Positions 11,031 through 22,795 of a DNA stretch of 64,000 nucleotides are shown here, one piece after another (the first letter of the stretch is position 1; each line of letters begins with the position of its first letter). The position numbers and the translations under genes were made by a program. Source of the stretch: Camelus dromedarius (Eukaryota); the NCBI RefSeq assembly GCF_036321535.1, contig NC_087438.1, positions 1,180,001 to 1,244,000 on the forward strand, given 5' to 3'. Under the pieces are notes generated by a model. It worked only from the letters and a program-made list of their open reading frames with translations. It had not been told where the DNA came from and did no database searches.

Positions 11031-11879
11031 CAAGGTTGAGGAAGGCGCTGGGGGAGAATCAGAGCCAGAACGGGACTATGTGGAGTGGGTGCCTCCCCGA
11101 AGCCCCCCTCATGCTGGCACTCGAGTTTCCTGCTGCGATGACTGGTCCACACCCAACCCTCCCTCACATCAAGTCTGCTGGCTGGGAAGCCTGCTCGTGC
11201 ACCAGCCTCCAGGAAGTGGGACAGCCTTGCTCTGGGGGAGAGACACGACTGGGGAAACAAAAGGAAACACTGTCAGTGGCTCTGATACTCCCGGAGAAAA
11301 TTCAAGATCATTCATCTTCTAACTAAGAACACATTTTAAATAACCAGGAAGCGGCGCTGCTGAGGCAGACACACTGGGCGTCCTCCCACACCCTCCCCCA
11401 CCAAGGACCTTCCCTGAGCAGGTTCACCCTTCCTCCCATGACTCCGGCAGGTCTTTGCTAAAAGGCTTTCTCTGGCCGACGGTGCCAACCTGCAGGCTGG
11501 AAGTTCCAGGCAGCCGGGACTCCCGGGAGCACCCCTCTCCGGGTACCTGACAGGGCTTCCTGGCTCATCACCGCACCTGGAATAACCTGGAGGATGTGCG
11601 ACCATGCGCTCCCAGCGTCCTCCCTGGCTCACCGCGGTTACCTGCCCGTTCAGTCACATCATAGTGGTTTCTGTTTTCTTCTCTTCCTCAGTTTCCTGCC
11701 TCACTACCAGGGCTTCCAGGGAGCATGCCCCCCCCCCCCAATAAACCTGCTTGCAGTGAATATCTTACCTCAGGCGAGCCCAGTCTTAGATACAAACCAA
11801 GCAATTGTTAGCTGTGAGAATGGTATAAATAGAGCATAAGTGTGTGCTGCTTCACTGTCCACGGCTCCCGTGCAGACCT

Positions 11880-12860
11880 GTGTCGGGATGCTGTATGAGG
11901 ATATTCTCCAACAAAGTCACGAGGGAGTCAGGAAGATGTGGGTCTGGGAGAACAATGGATACAACTCAGGACAGTGAGAAATTTAAGTCCCAGGACAACA
12001 GGTGTAGAGAGCAGTGCGTCCAGGAGCACAGACATCTCCAGGAGGGAAGTCTCTGGGGAGGAAAAAATGAGGATGGAGGGATTTTTCACTGATTTGATAG
12101 TGCCCTTAAAATATTAGATCTTAAGGACCAGGTAAAAGCAAGTTAGCAAAAAAAGCAAAGCAATTAGAAACTCCAGGGAAATCAAAAAGCTATTAGAGGA
12201 AGGACATAGAACTGTAGCACATGATTCCACTTTGCAGTGAGTAACATACGCAGTTCAAAACATAAATATGCTTCATTGACTTTTCAAACTTTAGAGTCAA
12301 TCAGACAGAAATTAGAGAATGCTTAATTATGACTATGGAACAGGCTGCAAATACTAGTGAACATGACAATAGAAAAGTAACATGTGAGGAGAACTCGGGA
12401 GGTGCAACGGAGGGACGCTGAGTAAGTGGAACCATCAGGAATGTTACAGCCTCATCTCATGATGCAGGGAAATAATATTTACTCCACAGTTAGTGGAACG
12501 AGAAGTAGAATTCCAACCTCATGATCTAAAGTGACAAAGTGACCAACCCTGGAGCTGAGAATCGTCAGATGTGGAGACAGAGAGGCAACGTAGTGAGCCA
12601 GAGTCCCACGGCCCACGTCGCACGGTGGGAAGTCAACAGACAGAACCAAAGCTTGATATTTGAACACAGCACTGTAAGCACATCACCACGAGGTGCGGAG
12701 GCAAAAACAACCAGAAGTGCGCAGCCGGCGGTGCCTGGAGTGGCCTCTCCCAGGGAGCGTGCGGCCCGACCCTGGGGCAGGGGCTCTGCTGCTGTTTCAC
12801 TATTTGATTTAAAAGTCAACATTCAAATATGTTGCTTTTGTAACAATTTAAAAATGCCAT
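11880..12860 (+). mobile_element. HAL1 (half-L1) element remnant
   Basis: gaggatattctccaacaaa...aggaagatgtgggtctgggagaacaatggatacaactcagga...aagcaattagaaactccagggaaatcaaaaag resemble HAL1 landmarks, with an A-rich end near 12855. Confidence 0.6.
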
Positions 12861-15800
12861 TTAAACTTTTGGTAACTTAATAACCTACAAGGTGTCTTTT
12901 TCTTGTTTCCACTGTGCAGTTCATTTTAAAGCTAAATGTACATTGTATTTAATTGCCTGTCAGCTGGGTTCCTGCCACTGAACTTTGCTTGTGATGGATA
13001 ATTGAGAACTGGCTCTGTAAAGGGGCAGAGAGCTTAAAATAGCTGTGGAACAGCGAGTGACACACCTCATGACTGGGTAGCTAATCCATAATATACAATC
13101 TTTTCACGGCGACATCTCCCCTGGGACGTCTGCGTTTCGGTGACATGGAGGTCTCTAAGCGGGAAGCCAGTGGCTGATGGCATGGTTGGTGACACGGCCT
13201 GCCCCTCTGCTGGCACTGGGCACTCCGTGCTGGAACCCCTGCTGTGCAGACCCTGCCTCATCTGCTCACGACTACGTAATCAAACCTGATCGGAATTACC
13301 CTCATTATAAGCTCGTCTCCTGATCACTTCCAACCTGCGTGGCCCCAGGGGCCTGTGTGAGGAGGTCATTCTCTGGCTACTAGCAAATGAGGTGCATTCT
13401 CCAAACTGCAGACATAGACAAATACGAGGTCCTGGTGCAAATCAACCCAAAAGCGGGGGCTGGAGAAGCTGAGAGATGCCACGTGCTTCTATTTGGTGGC
13501 ATGGAACTTAACGACGTGGGCTAACACCTAGATAATTCTGTAATTTGAGTTAGTGCAGTCTCTGAGGTAATTAACTGGGTGGAAACAACCATTTTTCATC
13601 ACTAATAGGTAAGCGCTTGGAAAGCCATGGCATTAGTGCTGGGGAATCACTCTGCCTTCCTTCAGTCCCGCTGCCCCGTTTCCAAACTGAGACTAGCAGG
13701 GCCCACGGAGAGAAAATAAATCCGGCTTCCGATGCCACCCCTGCGACGGCAAAGCAAGTCGTTCGCATTACACCCCTGTAGCGGCCTGGAACTTTGTTTA
13801 GAAATTGTGTCGTCAGGCCGTCAGGCCAGGCGTGTGGAAGAGGTTTATGCATTTAAGCCGTTCTCCTTCGAGTGCTTTGTAAATGCTGTGTGTGAAGGGT
13901 TCCTCCCTGCAGCGTGGTGTTTCGTGTAAAAATGGTGAAAAGCACCTTAGGTGCATTATAAAGCCAGAGAACACGGTTTTGGAGACGCCGTGCAGCCAAG
14001 TGGTGACAGGCATTTGGAAGCTGGGTGGGTCTGCTCGCCGCACTTGGTGGCAGGCGGGGTCCTGTCCCTGCAGGTGTGGGTGTGAGCCTCACCCACAGCC
14101 TCGCTGGGGGGCCCGAGTCAGGGGACATGAGAGACTGTCCTCTGGTCTCAGGCACGTGAAGGGAGGCGAAAACGTGGTGGCTGAATATACGAGAATCCTG
14201 TGCTTGTTCAAACAGAGGGCAAAGCGTGGTGTCCTGTCGCCCCCAGGGGCTGCCGGGTCCCCGTGCCCAGATCAGTGTCCCGGAGCCCGAGAGGGCAGGA
14301 GCTCTGAGTCAGAGACCTGGCGTTATGTCCGCCACGTGTCCTGCTGAAGCCCCTCCGGTCAGGACAGGACGAGGGACGGGCGCGTGGAGGCGTGGAGCCT
14401 GCAGCCCGTCAGGGAGGCTGGGTCCACCCTGTTCCAGGCGGGTCACCAAGGAGGAGGTGGACAGGGCTCGTCAGCCACCCGCCCAGGGCTCCTGCGGGCC
14501 TGGGTCCTGGCCCCGCGCTCGACCCGCACACAACATAGCCGCCCCCAGAGGAGCGCGCAGAGCGAGTCTGAGCGCGTGTTACGTCCTGTGCGGACGGCGG
14601 GCATGCGGGCCAGGAGATAAAGGACTCCCTTTCTGGCGCCCTCTGAGTGGTGCCGCGCACATCCCATGCCTCCCAGCGTGTTCACTGTTCAGAGAATTTA
14701 CTACTTTTATCGTGGAAGGAATACATGCTCATTAGAGAAAGTCAGGAAAACACAAAATGTATTGGAATCAACATGCTCTTAAGAAATGTCTGACCGTAGC
14801 GCCCTTTGGACGCGTAAGGTTTTAGCACCCAGGTTACGGGGGCCTCGTGAGTCGGTCGGAGAGACTTCCTTCTCCCTGGTTTCTGCCAAGCATGGAAGCC
14901 CTGCGTTCCCAAAAAGCTTGTGAAAATTCAGCAGGAAAAACCCACAATAATTTGTTTCTTTTTCTAAGTTATAAAAGCATTCACAGATTTCCGTTTTCTC
15001 TGAGTTCAGCTTTTGCCCTTCCCGTTCATGTCCACGTGCGAGGTTCTCACTTTGCTTTTCAGTTAACCTTAATGGGAGTCTTTATCTTCTCTTTGAAAAG
15101 CGAGTCAGGATTCTGTCCTTCAGATCTCAGAGCTGGGCTTTATTCTAACCCCTGTGATCGGTTTCTCTAGCTTGCTTTCTCCGGCCTGCGGTCGACGGGT
15201 GTCATGCCATAAGCTCATCAGGGGTCTCTGAAAACTAGCAGATGACTCTCTTCTGCAAACGTTTGGCTGTTGTTCCAAGTGATGGAGGAGCTGCCGTCGC
15301 CTTTAGAAAGCAGTTTCCTCCCAGCTGCTGACTTACAATTTATTTATCGTGTTTCACCATCAGCCGTTTCTCTCCACTTGGTCTGCGGCTGGCTGAGGGG
15401 TGTGTTTACCTCTGTTACCTCTCGATGTCAGTTTACATTTCTCCTTGTGTTTCCAACAGTCTCCCACTGCGGCGTCTAGCCAACAAACGCCGTGACAGTT
15501 TCTTCGTTGTGTGTTGTGCGTCTCATCAGGTTAAAAGGCCCTCAGTGGCGGTTGGATGCCTTTTGTACCGTGTTTGGCCCTGGAGGTGGTTCTGTGGATA
15601 CGTAGGTGGAGGTGGGCGGTGAACAACTGGTCCAGTCCCCACGCCCTCCCTGCTACGGAATTGTTCCTTCTCCACCAGGGCAGCCTCTCCTCAGGCTCTG
15701 GGCTAGTGAGGACACTTCGACGTGGGCTTGGCCCCCCGTGAGCGCTGGACCCTGGGTGTTAAATTCCAGGGAGTGGACGGGGTGTCACCCGCAGCCTGAG

Positions 15801-16672
15801 CAGCGCTCCCAGCTGAACAACAGACCCTCAGCGAGAGACACAGGCTTGTTATTTAAACTGTGGAAATCTGAAGGTTGTTCAGGCTGCATTTTGTCAACAA
15901 GAGTCTAAGACACAGTTCTGGCACATTATTTCAGAGACCTTTGCAACAGATTGCCTCAACGTGGGGGCAACTTCCTCTTGTTGGGGGGTAAATTCTCATG
16001 GATTCAGGGCCTGCAGGAAGGACCCCAGGGGCCTCTGGATAGCGTGTTTCAGGTTTTAAGAAAATTTCATTCACTATATTGTAAACAAAACTGGTGCTTA
16101 AGGAAATGCTTAACTGATAAAAGGAAACCCGCATGGCGATTCCTCTAACTTTATGAGATGCTCGCGGATGCATTGGTGATAGTTGCAAATCAGATGTAAA
16201 TCCAGAGGCACATTTAGGGTTTTCAGTTTGTGACTTCCCTGTGTGTGTCTATTCGCATAGTAAATATGACTTTAAACCAAGTCCCCGAAACAGTGTGTTC
16301 ACTGCACAAAAGCCGCCCTGAGGTGACGACTCTCCGAGGGGTGAACACCCTGGTCCCACTCACGTGACGACGTCCCCCTCCAACTCCCCACGCCACCTGG
16401 ACGGGGCGGCTGAGGGACCAGCGTGGGGCTTTGAGTCCCCCTTTATATCTGTATGTGTCTTACAGGCATCTCTAAGCACATTTCCATGCATTCTTCTTAT
16501 TCTTTCAAGGGTTAACAAATTATTGCACAGAAACACTTTGTTTCTTTTCCTCCGTGCAGATAACTTTTACTTCTAATTTTTGCCATCGCTCCACTTTCCA
16601 CTTGTCAAATAACGCTCTGCATTTTAATCCCATCTTTAAAAAGAAAAGTGGGATTTAATCCCACTGGGTACA

Positions 16673-16730
16673 TGAGTGACCCCTGCATTTTATCACCCAA
16701 ATTGGGACATTTTAAAAGTGAGGGATTAAA
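16673..16730 (+). mobile_element. MER81-like (hAT-Blackjack) DNA transposon end
   Basis: gagtgacccctgcattttatcacccaaattgggacattttaaaagtgaggg resembles the MER81 terminus (agggtgacc...tttatcgtccaaaccgggacacttttgagagtgaaaggg). Confidence 0.4.
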
Positions 16731-18164
16731 ACCTCTTTGCAGCTTGTGTCTAGCAGAACAAAGCCAGAGAGGGGGCAGAGGAGATGGTGGGGGCTTGGCA
16801 GACCCTGGGGGCCAGCCTGGGGGCAGCACCCCGTGTGCACGTGTGGCCAGTGCCGGGAGAGTGGTGGCCGGGAGAGTGGTGACCGGGGAGGGGGTGTCAG
16901 CCGGGTCAGGGCGTCCTCAGAGACAGGGCCCGGCTGACTGAGGGGTGGGGGCCGCGGGGAGGGCTGGCGTGGCTGGCTTGTCTGCTGGGCGGTCGCAGCC
17001 CCTCACGGTTTCCGGAGCCCAGCAAGCCCGCGGCGCTCAGGCCTGGGCGTCAGGAAAGAGTGGTGGTGGGCTGGGCGCGGCCACCCCGGCTTCTGCTCTG
17101 CCTGTGGACTGTGATGGCAGGCAGGGAAGTCAGCAAGGGGTCGGGTGGGTCCGAGGGCCCTTTCTGATGTGAAGTCAATCCGTCCTCGCGTGGGGGGAGC
17201 TGGTTCTGCTTCTCCGAAGGGAGAGCGACCAACGGCCGGTCACCATGTCCCTGCCGGCCCCCCGGCCCCAGCCAGGCAGGAAGTGAGGCCAGGGCCTGCC
17301 TCGGAGATGAGTGTGTGCAGCTCTGCGTCTGTGCGGCATGGGGAGAAGACGCTTGAGACACAGCCGGTCCCCTGCCCCGCTGGCTTGTGCGCCTCCCGCC
17401 CACCCGCGGGCGCCGGGGTGTGCGGGCCCGGCGGTGAGATGCACGGACCCGGTGGGCTGTCTGAGGCCCCGCGCCCCCGCACCCCGCCCGTGCTGGGCCC
17501 GGCAGGGCCCGCACCCGCCGCCGCGTGCCAGCGAGGACAAAAGCTCAGAGCAGGTTTCACCGGAAAATGGCTCTGAGTGGATTACGTTCAGTCCCGGCAC
17601 TTATCTCCGTTACTTCCATTTGACCTAGTTTTCATTACCTGTTCACTGGCCGGTGAACTATTAATTCAGGTAGATTTGGTTAAGTTTCTTTTGCAAGGGT
17701 GGTCCTGAAGCATTTCACAATTGTCTGGAGCCTTCATTTTATAAGCAAAGGGAAGTTCTAGAAGACGGTGAGGGGCGTCCCCTGGGAGGGAAAGGCTCGC
17801 CCTCCCGCCGTGGCCCCCAAACCACCCGACGCCCCAGGCACAGGCCGTCCTGCGGCACCAGCCGGGGGGCTCGAGTCTCACTCAGCCCCGACTCCGTCTG
17901 CCTGGGGCGGCATCCAGCCCCACGGGAAGGGCTCAGGCCCACGGGATCGTCAGTGGCAAGCAGTCTGTCCCGGGGTTGCCCGCGACATCTGTCCAGTTCA
18001 GCGACAAGTAGGGGGTCTCACCACCCCTCCTCACTGGCGGGGCTCATACAGCTCAGAGCCCACTGACCCGGGCCCCTCACAACACACCCTTCTGCTCTTT
18101 GGAGAGTAACAACACCACGTGGACCTTATACAGTGAAACTCAAGAGAAAAAAGTCAAAACTAAA

Positions 18165-18790
18165 TGAAGAAGCAGCTGGAGTCCTCACACGACGTTCCTG
18201 ACAGTGTTAAATGTACAGCCTCTTGGAAGAAGCTTGGCAGGTCCTGATGAAACACGCGGTTACCTGTGACTTCGGTGCTGCACTGCCAGGTATTCTCCCA
18301 AAAGAAATAAAAGTCCATTTTGACAAAAAGACTTGCACAAAAATGTTCACAGGACTTTATTCATAACAGCCTCCAACTGGAAACAGTCCCAATGTTCATA
18401 AAGAGAAAAGCGAATGAACAGACTGTGACGTTTGTGCAAGGGAATAACAGAGCAGAAGAGAAGGAACAAGCTACTTAACCTCGTGATCATGTGGGTGAAG
18501 CGGACGGACGTCGGGCTCAGCAAAAGAGTCAGAGACAAAAAGCCAGACTTCACGAATCTGCTGCACGAAGCCCTGCCACACGGATTCAGGAAACACTAAT
18601 CTGTGGTGACAACAATCAGAAAAGTTTGCTTTGTGGTGGCTGTGGGGCGTGCGGGGGGCTTTGGAGGCAATGGGCCGGTGCAGTGTTGTTATGGTCCGCA
18701 TGGCGCGTGCACCTGTCAAAGCCCATCGCGTTGTACACCTGAGAACTGTGCACCTCACCGTATGTAAATTGTGGCTAAAAACAAAGAAAA
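18165..18790 (+). mobile_element. L1M (L1MB-ME class) 3' end
   Basis: cccaaaagaaataaaa...aaagacttgcacaaaaatgttcacaggactttattcataacagcctccaactggaaacagtcccaatgt...tgtgcacctcaccgtatgtaaatt followed by an A-rich tail. Confidence 0.8.
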
Positions 18791-18959
18791 CCTGCACGTA
18801 TTGAACGCTGCTTATGGCCTTGCTTTTATCACCGTGATGGGCTAACATACCTGAAACCACTTTCCGTGTTTTCCATGCCTCACTCAGCAAAGGAGAATGT
18901 ATTTTGGGAAAATGGGAGTCGGTGTCTATAGGAGAAGGGAGTTCTATGTCTAGAATGCC

Positions 18960-19270
18960 CCCTGTGGTTTTGGATCGCAATTAGAGGCATTATCAGTGAA
19001 CTCATAATTTTTTCTTACGGATGGAGAAATGGAGATGTTTGTACACTTACCCGTGTCTGTACCTGAATCCATGTCTCTCCTAGGTCTGTCTGCCGAGAGA
19101 GTCTAAAAGTGATGGCACATCAGGAGCAGTGAACACACCTGCCGCCCGGATCTTGGCGTCTAATCACCTTTGTCCCGCAGAGGAGCCGCGGTGCCCGGAG
19201 GACAGGCTGGCTCGGGCTGACGCAGGGAAAGCCCAGGGCTTCTTGTTATTCAGCAAGTAAGAAACTCCCC
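18960..19270 (+). mobile_element. L1MC3/4-like 3' UTR fragment
   Basis: gcagtgaacacacctgccgcccggatcttggcgtctaatcacc...gcagggaaagccc...cttgttattcagcaagtaagaaa; homologous to 26990-27150 in this window. Confidence 0.6.
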
Positions 19271-20994
19271 CCAGATCACCAGGACCCCTCCAGTCATGTA
19301 TTAGTTTAGGACAAGTCATCTCAAAACTTCGCTGCCTGAAAGAATGAGTCGTCATCGCCCGCGGTGCTGCGGGCTACCCGCCAGGCTGGATGGTTCTCCC
19401 TTGGGTCTTGGATGGGACGGTGGTCAGTAGCCAGCTGGGGCTTTGCCCAGGTTTGCTGCAAAGTCAGACAAATGTGACCTTCTCGTTTTACTTCCCGGCG
19501 CCAGCCAGGCAATGGCCACACAGTGGCTCAGAATGACAGGGCTTTACTTTTCCTTCCGTGAGGCAAGTGTCGGCTGCTAGGGGAGGCGCTGCCGCGAGCG
19601 GGTCCCCTTCCCGTGCTGGTGGGCGCCTGGTCAGTGGAAGCGGCCGCAGTCACAGAGCTCACGACCACGCTCGGGTGGGGGGCAGGCCCGTGAGCTTGCC
19701 CAGCCCTTTGCCAAGGGTAAGGGGGCCTTCCTCTCCCACAGCCTGACTACAGCTGGTGCCGTGGAAAAGTCTAGCTGCAAGCAGTGTTGGGAACCAGGGT
19801 TCTGGCCTTGAAAGTTTTCTCTTTAATGGGAGGTGGGGCAGAGAGACAGGAGGATTGGAACTGACACTGGGCGAAGCAGCCAGTGCCGCCTGCCTCACCT
19901 GACAGCAGAAAAAGTCACTGCTGTTCACTAAGTGTTAGAATATTTTACATAGAAAGGTTAATCCCAAATAAAGTAGGATGTGCATCTGGGAGCAGGACGC
20001 AAAGGAGGCGAATAAAAGCACAACACGCAGCTGATTCCACGCTGTCTCGGGCTTCAGTGGGGCTCACGCAGACCCAGCTTCGGGCAGGACGGGACGCCGG
20101 GTGTCACAGGCCCGCACGCGGCTCTGGGAACCTTGGGGACAGTCGTTCCAAAAGTCTAAGTGAGACTCTGAGTGCCCTGCCGTGAGATGACCTAGTGGCG
20201 TGTGTTTCTCTACCCGATTTCCCTCTGATTAGCCAGAAGGTTCGGTTCATCCTCTTTTCCTTAATGTTCCGCTTTGCTCTTCTGTCCCCCTTTTCCTTCC
20301 CTTTTCATTCACAGAGATGAGAAAACCAAACCGGACGAGGGCAGCGGCCGCCTGTGCGCGAGGGCGGGGGCGGGCGTGTCTGCAAGCTTCCCTCCCCCTG
20401 GGTCCGGGCTGCCCTGCTCTCGCTCTCGTCCCTGTGGGCTTAAAGGTCTCCTTCACGCTTCGGCCTGCCCTCCTCTGAGAGGTGGGTCCCCCGCAGCCAA
20501 TAAGGGGCCGTGAGCCTCCTTTCCGAGGCGAGCCCTCCGCCAGCAGGCCTCCTCCCTGCATCAGTGCGCGGCTTGGATGGCACAGCGGCCGTGACGCCCC
20601 CCCCCCCGGCTGGGCGCCCCCGGCAGAGCCGACGCGTCTCCTGCAGCCGCTGTCTGTGTTTCGCACACCCGCCTGCTGTGCACGGCCACACGACTGACCC
20701 CCAGTGCGTCTGTGTGGGCACGAGCAGCTGGTGTTTGTTCGAGGGGCCTGCGGTCACAGGCGTCTGGGCCACGCGACCTGGCAAGTATTTGCTAAATTAA
20801 AGAGAGTGCACAAGTGGGCCTGCAAGTATTTCTTTAATTAACTCCATGCAGGGTTTCCTGAGCAACTCTGCCCATTTACAAGCAGGGTTGCCGGACACTA
20901 AAAGGTAGCATCACTCACCTGAGGTTTTTTGTTGAAAAAATGAGTGTTGGAGGCATGGGCTCTGTGACCTTGGGCGGACTACGGAGGAAAGAGT

Positions 20995-21370
20995 GAGTGG
21001 GCAAAGCCTGAATAGACGTCGTTTCAGAGGCGACATGCTGACGGCCAGCAGGCACGGGGAAGGGTGCCCGGCACCTCTGATCACCAGGGAAACACAAGTC
21101 ACGGCCACATGAGGCACCACCCCACGCCTGTCCGGATGGCTGCTACCGAAGAGATCGCCAATAACACGTTTTGGCGAGGATGTGGGGAAAAGGGTGTCCT
21201 TGCTCACTTTTGGTGGGGGGGTAAATTGGTGCAGCCACTATCCAAAACAGTGTGGGCGTTCCTAAAAGAATTAAATTATTTATCCAGACGCAATGGCATC
21301 GGTATCTCCAGAGACATCGACACCCCCGTCGCTGCGGTGTTACTCACAGCAGCCGAGACGCGGCAGAGGA
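20995..21370 (+). mobile_element. L1 ORF2 C-terminal fragment, GC-shifted
   Basis: Translates to MRHHPTPVRMA...NNTFWRGCGEKGVLAHFWWGGKLVQPLSKTVWAFLKEL, the L1 ORF2p cysteine-rich C-terminus. Confidence 0.85.
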
Positions 21371-21894
21371 GCCGCCCCACGCCCCTTCTGCTGGCCGGGC
21401 GGGGCCGGGCTGCCCTGAGCCTTGGTCCGGGCCCAGGTTTTGCGGGCGGGTTTTCTCACCGCACGTGTCTGAAGCCAAGAAGCTGAGCCCAGTGATGCTA
21501 GGAGTGTGGGCCTGAGAAGGGGAGATTTCGCCAGCTCACCTTCGCTTGTCTTTCCTGGTTTGACACTGAAACACTCCAGGCAATCACTTCCATGAAGGAC
21601 GCAGAGTCCAGCTGTGGGCGCCTGCTGCCAACACCACGTTCAGGGCCGCACAACCTCATCCTCGCCGTCCCCCAGCGGGCACGCGTGTGAGCCCGGGATC
21701 TCCCTCTGCGCGTCCCCCTGCTCCCATGACACCCTGACGGGCAAGCTGACAGCATGAGCAACCGACCCCGGGAAGGCAGCAGACGCCAAACTTTAACTTA
21801 ATAGTCTCTCAAGAAGGATCAGTTTTCTATTTTTCCCCAAGATTCTCACTTGGACATAGGATTTCTAATTGGCCTTTTCTCCTCTTTTTAAAAG

Positions 21895-22795
21895 AAAACG
21901 GCGAACATTTATCAAGAGAGACCGTGCTGGGCCTTAAAACAAGTCCCAGGAAGAGAGAAAAGATTAAATCGTAAGAAAACGCGCTCCGACCGCGGTGGGC
22001 AGTCAGAGGTCCTCACAGCTCAGTGCGGTGACAAAACAGAGCTCAGCAAACGGGCCAAGGTCAGCAAACGCACTTCGCAGCGGGAGCCGTCTGAATGGCC
22101 GGTACCCTCCCGTCCCTCGGAAATGTAAGTTAAAACCTTGCCCTGGTGGCACTGCACGCCAGTGGAAACCGGAAAACGGAGACACCGGGACGCTGAGGGT
22201 GACCGGGAGCGGCCTCCGTTCTCAGCTTGCTGCCGGGGCTGGGAGGCGGCCCAGCTGCTCCGGGAGCTGCAGCGGCGCCTTCCTGGGCAGACACGGCCTT
22301 ACCAGGCCCGTTAGGATTGCACTCCAGGGACTCATCCAAAAGCAATGAAGACACGTCCTCACAAAGACTTGCACATGAATCTCCCCAGACGCTTTTGTTG
22401 TAATAATCAAAACCTGGGGACAACGCAAGTGTTCTTCAAGAAAGAAATAAACAAATCACGACTGAGACCCACGGTGAAATACGACGCAGCAGCGGCGAGA
22501 AGAAACGCACTGCTAACATAGGCAGCAGGATGGAGTGGCCTCGGAATCACCAAGCTGAGTGAAAAACGCTGGCCAGAGGCTACATACGAAATTCTAGAAA
22601 ATGCAGTGTGATACATATGTCATTCATCGCTCCCTGGGGCTCGGGGTGGGGAGAAGACGGAGGGAGACCGGGCTCCAGGGCTCTTGGACCGGTGGGAACA
22701 TCGTGCCACTTCACTGCGGAAGTGGACCCGCCACTGCACGTGAACCGTGAACTTCAAATCGGTAAACTTGTAGTATCTTAGTTATGCCTCCAATC
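21895..22795 (+). mobile_element. Degraded L1M fragments (ORF2 piece and 3' end)
   Basis: aacatttatcaagagagacc...ctgggccttaaaacaagtc, followed by caatgaagacacgtcctcacaaagacttgcacatgaat...aataatcaaaacctgggga...tcttagttatgcctccaat. Confidence 0.65.
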
